DNA from: Stegostoma tigrinum
Lineage: Eukaryota
Assembly (NCBI RefSeq): GCF_030684315.1
Contig: NC_081387.1
Span: 6,056,497-6,120,496 of the forward strand
DNA length: 64,000 nucleotides
Direction: 5' to 3'
Position numbers and translations under genes: made by a program. The notes under the pieces were generated by a model. That model ran no database searches. It was not told where the DNA came from and saw nothing but the letters and a program-made list of their open reading frames with translations. Shown one piece after another: positions 13,333-25,978 of the stretch. Position 1 is the first letter of the stretch, and the number at the start of each line of letters is the position of its first letter.

Positions 13333-14002
13333 GCTTAATCTAACATCCCTATTTAAGATGGCAGAGAGGCAGAAGACGGGAAATTAGAGGGCAATTAGCC
13401 TGACCTCAGTCATTGGTAAGATTTTAGAGTCCATTATTTAGGACAAGAGTGTGGAGTGCTTGGTAGCATATGGGGAAATAGGGTCAGTGTCAGTTAAGCA
13501 TCGTCAAGGAGATGTCATGCCTGAAAAATGTATTAGCAATCTTTGAGGACACATTGAGCAAGTTAAACGAAGAAGAGCCAGTAGATGTAATCTATTTGGA
13601 TTTCCAGAGGCACTTGTTGAGGTGTAAAACCCGAACATATTCCTTTTGTTTGCAGAGAACGGGTTGCTGCAGATGGATGAATTTCACTTCTATCAATTGT
13701 AAATAATGAGCATTTTGTGGTCAACTGGTTTGAGCCATTCTGTCCAATTTCTGGATCAGATTCGAGAGTAGATGTTTTATTTAGATTTTTACAGCCGTGG
13801 GGCCAGTTTGAGTACAGTCAAGCACTTGCCTCATTCTCAATAACTACAGAGACATACTGCTTGACTCAATCAGTCAAATATTGGGACATATGATCTATAC
13901 GCTTAGTATCACATCAGCATGGAATTTCATATCAGTGCTTAACCAAGTGGGAGGCAGAGCATCTCTCTGGACTGAAAGCAGCATTCTGTTGTTGGGAAGT
14001 AA

Positions 14003-15002
14003 CACTCTTATTGAGTTCTTTGTGAAGGTGACCAAACAGGTGGAGCGTTGGATGCGGTGCACATGGATTTCAGTAAAGCGTTTGAGAAGGTTCCCCATGG
14101 TAGGCTATTGCAGAAAACACTGAGTATGGGATTGAAGCTAATTTAGCAGTTTTGATCAGAAATTGGCTATCTGTAAGAAGACAGAGGGTGGTGGTTGATG
14201 GGAAATGTTCATACTGGAGTTTAGTTACTAGTGGTGTACGACAAGTATCTGTTTTGGGGCCGCTGCTGTTTGTCATTTTTATAAGTGACCGGGATGCGGA
14301 TGTAGAAGGATGGGTTAGTAAATTTGCGGATGACACGAAAGTCGATGGAGTTGTGGATAGTGTGGAAGGACATTGCAGGTTACAGGGGGACACAGATAAG
14401 CTGCAGAGCTGGATTCAGAGGTGGAAAATGGAGTTTACTGCGGAAAAGTGTGAGGTGATTCACTTTGGAAGGAATAAACAGGAATACAGAGTACTGGGCT
14501 AATGGCAAGATTCTTGGTAGTGTGGATAAGCAGAGAGATCTCGGTGTCCATGTGCATAGATTCCTAAAAGTTGCCACCCAGGTTGATAGGGTTGTTAAGA
14601 AGGCAGATGGTGTGTTAGGTTTTACTGGTAGAGGGATTGAGTTTCGGATCCATGAGGTCATGTTGCAGCTGTACAAAACTCTGGTGCGGCCGCACTTGGC
14701 GTATTGTGTACAGTTCTGGTCACCGCATTATAAGAAGGATGTCGAAGCTTTGGAAAGGATGTAGAGGAGATTTTCCAGGATGTTGCCTGGTATGGAGGGA
14801 AGATCTTACAAGGAAAGGCTGAGGGACTCGAGGCTGTTTTCGTTACAGAGAAGAAGGTTAAGAGGTGACTTAATAGAGACATACAAGATATCAGAGGATT
14901 AGATAGGGTGGATAGGGAGAACCTTTTTCCTCGGATGGTGATGGCTAGCACAAGGGGACGTAGCTTTAAATTGAGGGGTGATAGATATAGGACAGATATC
15001 AG
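14003..15002 (+). mobile_element. CR1 LINE RT fragment (an older CR1 piece lies at 13340-13620)
   Basis: [30 protein letters not shown]. Frameshifted; cut at 15003 by a Penelope element. Confidence 0.9.
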
Positions 15003-17100
15003 GTAACAAATTGTGGGGCTGGATGAACACAGCAGGCCAAGTAGCATCTTAAGAGCACAAAAGTTGACATTTCGGGCCTCGATCCATCATCAGAAAAGGG
15101 GGATGGGGAAAGGATTCTGAAATAAATAGAGAGAGAGGGGCAGGCAGACTGAAGATAGATAGAGGAGAAGATAGGTGCAGAGGAGAGTATGGGTGGGGAG
15201 GTAGGGAGGGGATAGGTCAGTCAAGGGAGGACAGGTCAAGGGGGTGAGATGAGTTTAGTAGGTAGGAAATGGGGGTGTGACTTGAGGTGGGAGGAGGGGA
15301 TAGGTGAGAGGAAGAACAGGTTAGGAGGGCAGGGAGGAGCTGGCCTGGTTTTGGGATGCATTTGCGGAGGGAAGGGGAGATTTTGAAGCTGGTGAAATCC
15401 ACATTGATACCATTAGGCTGCAGGGTTCCCAAGCGGAATATGAGTTGCTGTTCCTGCAACCTTCGGGTGGCATCATTGTGGCACTGCAGGAGGCCCATGA
15501 TGGACATGTCATCTAAAGAATGGGAGGGGGAGTGGAAATGGTTTGCGACTGGGAGGTGCAGTTTATTGCGAACCGAGCGGAGGTGTTCTGCAAAGCTGTC
15601 CCCAAGCCTCCGCTTGGTTTCCCCAATGTAGAGGAAGCCACACCGGGTACAGTGGATGCAGTATACCACATTGGCAGATGTGCAGGTGAACCTCTGCTTA
15701 ATATGGAAAGTCATCTTGGGGCCTGGGATAGGGGTGAGGGAGGAGGTGTGGGGGCAAGTGTAGCATTTCCTGCGGTTGCAGGGGAAGGTGCCGGGTGTGG
15801 TGGGGTTGGAGGGCAGTGTGTAGCGAACAAGGGAGTCACGGAGAGAGTGGTCTCTCCGGAAAGCAGACAGGGGTGGGGATGGAAAAATGTCTTGGGTGGT
15901 GGGGTCGGATTGTAGATGGCGGAAGTGTCGGAGGATGATGCGTATCCAGAGGTTGGTGGGGTGGTGTGTGAGAATGAAGGGGATCCTCTTTGGGCGGTTG
16001 TGCCAGGGGCGGGGTGTGAGGGATGTGTTGCGGGAAATGCGGGAGACGCGGTCAAGGGCGTTCTCAACCACTGTGAGGGGAAAGTTGCGGTCCTTGAAGA
16101 ACTTGGACATCTGCGATGTGCGGGAGTGGAATGCCTCATCGTGGGAGCAGATGTGGCGGAGGCGGAGGAATTGGGAATAGGGGATGGAATTTTTGCAGGA
16201 CGGTGGGTGGGAGGAGGTGTATTCTAGGTAGCTGTGGGAGTCGGTGGGCTTGAAATGGACATCAGTTACAAGCTGGTTGCCTGAGATGGAGACTGAGAGA
16301 TCCAGGAAGATTAGGGATGTGCTGGAGATGGCCCAGTGAACTGAAGGTTGGGGTGGAAGGTCTTGGTGAAGTGGATGAACTGTTCGAGTTTCTCTGGGGA
16401 GCAAGAGGCGGCGCTGATACAGTCATCAATGTCACTGAGGAAGAGGTGGGAGGAAGGGATGGGTGAGAGGAAGAACAGGTTAGGGAGGCAGAGACAGGTT
16501 GGACTGGTTTTGGGATGCAGTGGGTGGAGGGGAACAGCTGGGCTGGTTGTGTGGTGCAGTGGGGGGAGGGGATGAACTGCGCTGGTTTTGGGATGCGGTG
16601 GGGGAAGGGGAGATTTTGAAGCTGGTGAAGTCCACATTGATACGGTGCGGAAGAAGGACTGTTCCACGTAACCTACAAAGAGGCAGGCATAGCTGGGGCC
16701 CATGCGGGTGCCCATGGCCACCACCTTAGTCTGTAGGAAGTGGGACGAATCAAAAGAGAAGTTGTTGAGGGTGAGGACGAGTTCGTCTAGGCGGATGAGG
16801 GTGTCAGTGGAGGGGGACTGGTCGGGCCTGCGCGACAGGAAGAAGCGGAGGGCCTTGAGGCCATCTGCATGCGGAATGCAGGTGTATAGGGACTGGACGT
16901 CCATGGTGAAAATGAGGTGTTGGGGGCCAGGGAATTGGAAGTCCTGGAGGAGGTGGAGGGCATGGGTGGTGTCACGGACGTAGGTGGGGAGTTTTGGGAC
17001 CAAAGGGGTGAAAATGGAGTCCAGATAGGTGGAGCTGAGTTCGGTGGGGCAGGAGCAGGCTGAGACGATGGGTCGACCAGGGCAGGCAGGTTTGTGGATT
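15003..17100 (-). mobile_element. Penelope-like retroelement (RT and GIY-YIG), disrupted
   Basis: ORFs 16311-17003 (TMDVQSLYT, AMGTRMGPSYACLF, DIDD in place of YIDD) and 15217-16404 (CNRRKCYTC, NVVYCIHCTRCGFLYIGETKR). pLTR with hammerhead core at about 15065-15093. Confidence 0.95.
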
Positions 17101-17262
17101 ATTACAGCGTGTTATTTGCAGATAAACATTACAGGCTGTCACTGCCGTGAGGACAGTGAATCAGACCAGTGAAGGCCTTCAGTGAATGAATGGTAGTTTG
17201 GGAAGATCGAGAATAGCAGGAAGGGGTAAATACCTCTCCATGCCAAACGGCCCAGTTACATT

Positions 17263-17485
17263 AGTATCAGAGATAATGGGAACTGCAGATGCTGGAGAAT
17301 CCAAGATAATAAAATGTGAGGCTGGATGAACACAGCAGGCCAAGCAGCATCTCAGGAGCACAAAAGCTGACGTTTCGGGCCAAGACCCTTCATCAGAAGG
17401 GTCTAGGCCCGAAACGTCAGCTTTTGTGCTCCTGAGATGCTGCTTGGCCTGCTGTGTTCATCCAGCCTCACATTTTATTATCTTA
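17263..17485. mobile_element. Palindromic Penelope pLTR mini-insertion
   Basis: 89-bp inverted arms (17303-17391 and 17396-17484, 1 mismatch, 4-nt loop). 13-bp TSD gcccagttacatt at 17250-17262 and 17486-17498. Confidence 0.92.
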
Positions 17486-17620
17486 GCCCAGTTACATTGC
17501 TTTTCGAGACCCTCCGGGGAGAGGACGGCTCATTGTTGAGTTCCTGTTTTGCAGCCTGGTCTCGGAGTGATTCTCCCGGAAACTGGTGACGGTGCCCTTT
17601 AATTGGATGTTCTCACTGAG

Positions 17621-17640
17621 ACCAACCAATCATTCGCCTT
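17621..17640 (+). promoter_or_regulatory. CCAAT box upstream of the class I leader exon
   Basis: aaCCAATca about 150 nt before the ATG at 17776, conserved in the duplicate promoter at 23245-23249. Confidence 0.4.
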
Positions 17641-17775
17641 CTGCGGTCTGAAGACGGCCCAAGTTCGCGCTGAAGCTGAAAATGAAGCCTGGTTAGATGT
17701 GGATTATTTTGATTCAGGTCCAACCTGTGAATGGATCTCAGACCCTAACTGAAATAAGGACAGTGGATTCCCAGA

Positions 17776-17827
17776 ATGTTGCTGATCCTTTTCTCCATCT
17801 CGCTATGTTTTTCCTGGGTCTCTTCCG
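17776..17827 (+). pseudogene. MHC class I-like leader exon, copy 1 (splice donor mutated)
   Basis: MLLILFSISLCFSWVSS plus a phase-1 G, 52 nt. Donor reads ataagt where the gene B paralogue has gtaagt. Confidence 0.8.
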
Positions 17828-18895
17828 ATAAGTACAGAATCCGGCTTTCCCTTCTCTCTCTCCCTCCCCGAGGGGGAGTCTGTGAATCTCTTGGCGAGTG
17901 AATGAAATGAGGGATGTTGCATCAGCCGCCTGTGATACAGCCAGACTGATATTTTCCCCACTGAAGGCAGTGCAGTCTGAAAGGTTCTGATGGGATTCTT
18001 TAAAATTCCTTTGTCATGGGATATTTGCCCCACTGCTTGGTCAGCATTTATTAACCATCAGAAATTGCTTTGGAGTGTATGGAGAGCCACATTGCTGTTA
18101 GGAGGTGGTTTCACCATTTTCATTCAAGGATAGTGAAGGAATGGTAATATGTTTCCAAGTCAAGATGTTAAGTGGCTTGGAAGGGACTTGGAGTGATGGT
18201 GTTCCCATGGTTTTCTTTCCAAATCGCTTGTGAGATGAGTGTTTCCCTGGGAGGGCCGGCATTTATTGTCCGTCCCTGGTTGTCCTTGTGAGGCGGTGGT
18301 AGCCGCCTTGTTGAACCACAGCAGACCACGGGCGGGGCTGGGACAGCAATCTGGGATTTTGACTTAGCGACAAAGAAGGAACCACAAATGTATTTCGAAG
18401 TTAGGTTGGTGACTGGCGTGGAGGGGAACTTTCAGGTCGTGGTGTTCCCATGTATCTGCTGACCTTTGTCCTTCGAGATGGAAGTGAGGGTGAATTTGAA
18501 AAAGTGCTTTCTAAGGATCAGTGGTGAATTTCTGCTGTGCATCTTGTAGCTAGTGCACGCAGCTGCTACTGAGCTTCGGTGGTGAAGGGAATGGATATGA
18601 TGTGAACACCCTGTTGTCCTGATGTTACAGAAGCGAACAATAATTATTACAGGATGATATTTGCAGATTAACATTACATCCCGTCACTGCCGTGAACGCA
18701 GCTAATTGGACCAGTGGCAGTTTGAAGGCTTTGTGAATTCATGGTCGTTTGGGAAGATCGATTGTGGATATCTCCTGAAGATAGCAGAAAGTGTCGAATA
18801 CCTCTCCATGCCAAACGGCCCAACTATGTTCCCTTTTGTCTCATCTAGACAAAAGAAGGCTTCGTTCTTTTAGTATTTTTTTTTGCAGCCTGACG

Positions 18896-21800
18896 TAAGA
18901 ACATAAGAACTAGGAGCAGGAGTAGGCCATCTGGCCCCTCGAGCCTGCCCTGCCATTTAATAAGATCATGGCTGATCTTTTTGAGACCGAGCTCCACTTA
19001 CCTACCCACTCACCATAACCCTGAATTCCTTTACTGTTCAAACACTTATCTAGTCTTGCCTTAAAAACATTTCGCGAGGTAATTTCAACTGCTTCACTGG
19101 GCAGGGAATTCCACAGATTCACAACCCTTTGGGTGAAGAAGTTCCTCCTGACCTCAGTCCTACATCTGCTTCCCTTTATTTTGAGGCTATGCCCTCTAGT
19201 CCTAGTTTCACCTGCTAGCGGAAACAACCTCCCTGCCTCCACCTTATCTATTCTCTTCATAATCCTATATGTTTCTATAAGATCTCCCCTCATTCTTCTG
19301 AATTCCCGTGAGTATAATCCCAGTCTACTCAGATCGAAGATGGCAGTTCCCATTGTCTCTGAAACAACTCTGGAATCAACCGAGGGAATCTCCTCTGCAC
19401 CCCCTCCAGTGCTAGTATATCTCTTCTCAAGTAAGGAGACCAAAATTGCACACAGTACTCCAGGTGTGGCCTCGCCAGGACCCTATACAGCTGCAGCATA
19501 GCCTGCCAAGCTGCATCTTCGGAGCAGAAAAGCTGTCGTTTGAGACCTAGACCCTTCATCAGAAATGAGGGAGGGGGAGAGGGTTCTGAAATAAATAGGG
19601 AGAGAGGGGGGAGGCAGATTGAAGATGGATAGGGGAGAATATAGATGGAGAGGAGACAGACGAGTTAGAGGCAGTTATGGAGCCAGTAGAGGTGAGTGGA
19701 GGTAGGGAGGGGTTAGGGCAGTCTGGGGAGGGCAAGAGAGTTGCAGTGGGAGAGAGATCCCCTGAGGTTTGTCCAGAGGGAGGAGGGTAACTTCAGGTTA
19801 GGCATCCCTAGAAGAGGCTTCGCAGTGAGGTTAAAATTGTATCAGAGATAATAGGAACTGCCATCTTCTATCTGCCTCCCCCTCTCTCCCTATTTATTCC
19901 AGAACCCTCTCCCTCATCCCCCATTTCTGATGAAGGGTCTAGGCCCGAAACGTCAGCTTTTCTGCCCCTAAGATGCTGCTTGGCCTGCTGTGTTTATCCA
20001 ACTGTACACTTTGTTATCTCGGATTCTCCAGCATCTGCAGTTCCTATTATCCCTGTAGCATATCCTCCCTGTTTTTAAAACCCATTCTTCGAGCAATGGC
20101 AGACAAAATTCCATGTGCCTTTTGAATTACCTGCTGCATCTGCAATCCTACTTTTAGTGATTCATACAGAAGGACACTCAAGTCCCCCTGTACAGCAGTG
20201 TGCTGCAATTGTTTATCATTTAAAGCATAGTCCATTTTGCTGTTATTCCTACCAAAATGCATGACCTCACACTTCTCAACATTGTACTCCATCTGCCAGA
20301 CCTTTGCCCACTCACTTAGACTATCTATATCCCTCTGCAGACTTTGTGTCTTCTGCAGACTTTGCTCTACCACTCATCTTAGTGTCATTTGTGAATTTTG
20401 ACACACCACACTTAGGCCCCAACTCCAAGTCATCAATGTAACTTATGAACATTGCGGTCCCAACGCTGATCTGTGAGGCACACCACTAGCCACTGACCGT
20501 CAACCAGAAAAACACCCATTTACCCCTGCTGTTTGCTTTCTACTGGTCAACCAATCTTCTATCCATGCCAATATATTACCTGTAATACCGTGGAACTTTA
20601 TCTTATGTAACAGCCTTTGGTGTGGCACCTTGTCAAATGCCTTCTGGAAATCCAGTTACACCAAATCCACAGGATCCCCAATGTCCACCGTGCAAGTAAT
20701 GTCTTCAAAGAATTCCACCAAATTAAACATTTAAACATGACCTACTCTTCATGAACCCATGCTGGGTGTTCCCAATGGGACAATTTATATCCAGATGTCT
20801 TGCTATTTCTTCCTTAATGATAGATTCAAGCATTTTCCCCACGACCGAAGTGAGGCTAACTGGCCTATCGTTACCTGCTTTTGGTCTACTTCCTTTTTTT
20901 AAACAGTGGCGTCACATTGGCTGCTTTCCAACCTGCAGGAACCACCCCAGAGTCCAGTGAATTTTAGCAAATAAACTAGTAATTATTTACCATTTTCCCC
21001 GTCACCTCTTTTAGTCCCCTGGGATGCACTTCGTCAGGGCCAGGAGACTTGTCTACCTTTAGCCCCATTAGCTTGCCCAGCATTGCCTGCTCAGTGATAA
21101 TGATAGTTTCTAGGTCCTTGCCGGCTATAACCACATTGCTATTAGTTTTCGGTGTGTTATTTGTGTCTTCCATAGTGAAGACCAACACGAAATAACTGTT
21201 GATGCTTCGGCTATTTCCTCATTCCCGGTTATGAAATTGGCCTTCTCACCCTCGAAAGGACCAATGTTTACCTTCGCCACTCTTCTACAATTCACATATT
21301 TATAGAAACTTTTGCTGCCTGTTTTTATATTCTGAGCTTCTTTGCTCTCATAATCTATCTTTTCTTTCTAACCTTTTTTGTGGCTTTCTGTTGGCCTCTA
21401 AAGATTTCCCAGCCTACCAGTTTCCCACTATTCTTTTGTAAGTTTTTTTTTCAATCTGATACTTTCCTTTATTTCCTTCGGCATCCTTGGCTGGCTGTCT
21501 CTTTCCTACAGTTCTGACTTATCACTGGAATATACTTCTGCTGAGCACAGTGAAAAATCATTTTGAAAGTCCTCCACTGTCCCTCAATTGACCCACCAGA
21601 AAGATTTTGCTCTACCTGAGCTAACTCCTCCCTCATTCCTGCATTGTCTCCTTTGTCTAAGCACAGGGCATAGGTACTGGATTTAACCTTCTCACGCCCC
21701 ATCTGTATTTTAAATTCGATCATATTGTGATCACTCCTTCCGAGAGAATCCCTAGCTGTGAGATCATTAATCCCTGTCTCATTACACAGGACTAGATCTC

Positions 21801-23150
21801 GGATAGCTTGCTCCCTCATAGGTTCAATTATGTATTGTTCAAGGAAATTATCACGGATGCATTCTATGAGCCCCTCCTCAAGGCTGCCATGACCGACCCG
21901 GTTTGACCAATCAATATATAGATTAAAATCCCCCATGATAATTGCTGTACCATTTTTACATGCATTATCTATTTCTCTGTTTATTGCCTGCCCCACCACG
22001 ATGTCATTATTTGGTGGCCTATAGACCACACCTATCAGTGATTTCTTCTCCCTGCTATTCCTAATTTCCAACCAAATGGATTCAACGTTTTGTTCAGTAG
22101 AACCTACATCATCTCTCACTCCTGCCCTGATATCATCCCTAAACACCAGAGCAACACCACCTCCCTTACCTTCATGTCTGTTTTTCTGAGCAGTTTGATA
22201 GCCCTGGATATTTAACTCCCAGTTATGACCATCTGTAACCATGTCTCTGTAATGGCCACTAAATTATACCCATTTGCCATGATTTGCGCCGTCAACTCAT
22301 CCACCTTGTTTCGAAAGCTCCGAGTGTTCAGATAAAGTACCCTTATGCCAGTTTTTGCACCTTCTTTTTGGGTCCTATTACCTCCATTACTAACAGCTCT
22401 GGAGTTCTCCTTCCCTTTAACATATTTTTCCTAATTTTCAATGGAGTTGAAACTTCCTCGTCATCTGCTAACCTGCTGCTTTGCTTTCCATTAATTTTTC
22501 TTCTCCCTCTACGCTCACTTCTCCCTTCCCCGCTACTTACTAGTTTAAAGTCCCATTAACCACCTTATTTACCATTTTTGCCAGAACACTGGTCCTGGCC
22601 CTGTTCAGGTGGAGCCCATCCCAGTGGTATAGCTCCCTCCTGTCCCAGAACTGATGCCATTTCCGCATGAAAAGGAAACCCTCTTTCCCACACCACTCTT
22701 TCAGCCACGTGTTTATTTCCCTGATCCTTGCCTCCCTATGCCAATTTGCGCGTAGCTCGGGCTGCAATCCAGAGATTATGACCCTTGAAGACCCGTCTTT
22801 CAAATTTGCTCCTAGCTTCTTGTAATCCCAGAAGAGGTCTTTTTTCCTAGTCCTGCCTATGTTGCTGGTACCTACGTGGACCACAACAACTGGATTCTCC
22901 CCCTCCCTCTCTCGTATCCTCTCAAGCCGGTCAGAGGTGTCTCGCACCCTGGCACTGGGCAGGCAACACACCATGCAGGATTCTCCATCCTGCTCGCAAA
23001 GGATACTGTCTATCCCCCTGATGATGGAACCCCTTACAGCTACAATCTGTCTTTTTCCTCCCCGCTCTTGAATGGCCTCCTGGACTATGGTGCTATGGTC
23101 AGTTGACTCATCCTTCCTGCAGCCCTGTTCCTCATCCAGGCAGTGAGCAA
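18896..23150 (-). mobile_element. Near full-length CR1 LINE, decayed
   Basis: ORF1 SGNH esterase (VVHVGTSNI...DGLHLN, 22540-22974), APE endonuclease (GVVYRPP, MGDFN, SDHN, 21469-22242), RT, and a (taagaaca)n tail at the left end. Confidence 0.93.
19501..20052. mobile_element. Penelope pLTR inverted-pair insertion nested in CR1
   Basis: Inverted pLTR arms, an intact + strand hammerhead core at about 19927-19954, and TSD ctg(c/t)agcata at 19491-19500 and 20053-20062. Confidence 0.85.
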
Positions 23151-23317
23151 GCCTCTGACTCTCTCTGAATGCGATGGCCCTGGTAACTGGTGACAGTGAG
23201 CCATCTGGTCCTATAAATTAGGTTTTTTTTTAAACTGAGACTAACCAATCAGTTGCCTTCTGCAGTCTGGAGAGGTTTGATCTGAAACGAAAAAGATTAT
23301 GTGGATTATTTTGATTG

Positions 23318-23635
23318 AGATCACAGAATCATCAAAGAATCCCGACAGTGTGGGAGCAGGCCCTTCTGCCCAACAAGTCCACACTGACCCTCAGAGCATC
23401 CCACCTCGGCCCATATAACCCACCTAATCTACACATCCCTGAACACTACGGGCAATTTAGCACGGCCAATCCATCTAACCTGCACATCTTTGGACTGTGG
23501 GAAGAAATCAGAGCACCCAGGGGAAACTCTCACAGACACGGGTAGAACGTGCAAACTGCACACAGACTGTCAGTGAAATCGCACCCAGGTTCCTGATGCT
23601 GCGAGGCAGCAGTGTGAACACTGAGCCACTGTGAT
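23318..23635 (-). mobile_element. HE1-like SINE in the gene A promoter
   Basis: Minus strand begins cacagtggctcagtg. Body matches the other copies. Confidence 0.85.
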
Positions 23636-23686
23636 CGATGAGCATATTTCACTCTTTGATTCAAATAGGCACAGAGGATTCCCAGA

Positions 23687-23734
23687 ATGTTGCTAGACCT
23701 TTTCTCCATCTTCCTGAGGTTTTTTTCCTGGGTC
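23687..23734 (+). pseudogene. MHC class I-like leader exon, copy 2 (truncated by a SINE)
   Basis: MLLDLFSIFLRFFSWV, then SINE sequence replaces the last codons and the donor. Intron-1 homology with the other leader copies resumes at about 24000. Confidence 0.75.
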
Positions 23735-23983
23735 ATAGAATCTTAAACTAAAATCCTTATGGTGTCAAAAGAGGCCATTCGGCCCACTGATATTGCAGCG
23801 ATCCTCCAGAGAGCGCCCCACTATTCCCACATTTCTTATTTATTCTGGCCAATCCACCTAACCTGGACATCATTGGACTTCGGGAGGAAACTGGAGTACC
23901 CAGCGGAAATCCATGAGGACACAGGAGAACGTACAAACTCCACAAACAGACAGTCACCCATGGCTGAAATCAGACCTGGGTCA
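23735..23983 (-). mobile_element. HE1-like SINE inside leader exon copy 2
   Basis: 'tggccaatccacctaacct...ggaggaaactggagtacccagcggaaatcca' body. Confidence 0.8.
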
Positions 23984-24189
23984 CCTTGTCACGTGAGACA
24001 TTGCTCTCTCCCTCTCTCTCTCGCTGGGGTGAATGTGAATCTTGGTGAGAGTTTGAAATGGGGGCTGTTTGGCCATCCACCCGTTATACAGCCAGCCTGA
24101 TATTTTACACACTGAAGGCAGCGCAGTCTGGGAGACGCTGATGGGATTTGTATCCAGGTGTCCTGACAGCAGGATGTAGAAACCCACAG

Positions 24190-24760
24190 ATCAGGAAGTG
24201 AGTGGCCCAGGCGGATTGCCCGTTGGGTGGCATTGAGCAGGTTGATGACACCTTCCATCACTTTCCTGATGATCAAGAGTAGGCTGATGGGTTGGTGGTT
24301 AGTTGGGTCGGATTTGTCCTGCTTTCTGTACGCTGTGTACGTGGGCAGTTGCTGAGTAGTCACTAAAATTGTTGTTGAACTGGAATGGTTTGGCTCAGGG
24401 TTGGCAGGTTCTGTCTTGAGTACTGGATTGTTGTCAGGGCCCATATTCTTTGCAGTGTCCTGTGCCTCCAGCTGTCTTATGATATCACATGGAGTGAATC
24501 AAATTGGTTGAAGACTGGCATCAGGTGGTAATGTTCACTCATGCTTGGACTGTTGATGCAAGGGTCCTTGGAGGAGGCTGGGATGGAATATCCATTCAGT
24601 ACTTCTGTCTGAAGATTGCAAATATTTCAAAATATCTTGAACTCTGATGTGCTTGGGATTTTTCTGGAGCCGACTGCTCCAGTGAGCTGTTTATTTGTAC
24701 ACTGTTATTAATGACTACATGTGGCAGGACTGCAGAGTTTAGATCTGATCTGCCTGTACC
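24190..24760 (-). mobile_element. LINE RT fragment
   Basis: KQDKSDPTNHQPISLLLIIRKVMEGVIN is a decayed NYRPISLL motif. Confidence 0.7.
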
Positions 24761-25712
24761 TGATTTTTCATTATTCTTCTCTGTATGTGCCTGACTCTCT
24801 ACATTACCTTCTGTTCCCAAATCTCACTCTCTGTATCATTATCTCTCTCCATATCATTCTCTGTGTATATTTACTGCACGCTCTACCGCCCACTTTCTCT
24901 ATTTTGCCCTCTGTCTCACTGGTTCTTGATGCCATTCTGTCTGTGTTTCATTATTTTTTCATAGTGCATTTTCTCAGTGTAAATGGTTCTCTCTTTTTCT
25001 CTTCCTTTGCCTGACTGCACTCACTCTCCGTATCACGCTTTCTCATGCCATTGTCTTTGACCACTGTCAAGAATGCCGTTCCCTCACACCCACCTCCCTG
25101 TACATCATCTCAGGCTGAATTTGAATTGGGCTGTGCTGTTTGACCTGAAGCTGAACTTCCAATCCCATAAGTTATCGGCTGTATTTTAGTCGGTGGCACT
25201 GCTGCATTTAATGAGAAAAACATATGGGTTCTCATTCTACTCCCAAGTCCCAAGCATAATATTTAACTCATGAACTAAATCTGGTCATTTTGGCACCGCT
25301 GATGTGAGAGCTAGCTGTTTACAAATGGACACTTGTATTTCTTCTAAAATTTTCATTACATCCTCTTCATCGTTATGAAGATTAGCAACTTCCCATTCAA
25401 GTCTCTCTTCCGCCTCCATCTGTTCCTCATCTCCTGCTGAAACTCTCGCCCATGTTTTTGGTACCACTACTTTCAACTATCTCATGGCCACTTTCTCATC
25501 TTGCTTCCTCCAGAATCTTAGGATCCTTAAGACCTTTGCCCATGCCTGTTTACTGCCTTGATGTTTAGTTTAAAATCTCAGATTCGGATTCTGATGTTGA
25601 AATGAAAAGGAGGTTATCATTGTCTAGTCATAATTCAATTAGATCAGTTGGCACTCTTTGGAAATATTATTAATCATAAATTAATCAATGATTTCATTGT
25701 CTTATTTGACAG

Positions 25713-25978
25713 ACCCGAGTTCCTTCACTGTGCTGTACACGGGAACCACTGGGATGACCGATGGCCCTGAGCTTGTTGGTGTGGCAATGCTCAATGGGGC
25801 TACCCTATCCTATTATGACAGTGAAATCTTGAAGATGGTTCCCACACAGCAGTTCATATCAAACTATCTCACTGTGGACGACTGGGATTATCTCACCCTC
25901 CTGGGTGATGATTATCTCACCCTCCTGTGATGAAGGAGACTTTGAATACGATCATGATATCGATGAACCTGACAGCTG
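25713..25978 (+). pseudogene. Gene A alpha1 exon (frameshifted)
   Basis: DPSSFTVLYTGTTGMTDGPELVGVAMLNG...YYDSE...DDWDYLT, then a shifted frame MKETLNTIMISMNLTA carrying the N86-type sequon NLT. 266 nt. Confidence 0.88.

Noticed and set aside
15217-17003. Active Penelope element
   Set aside because: It is 5'-truncated, the YIDD motif is altered, and it has an internal insertion and a frameshift.
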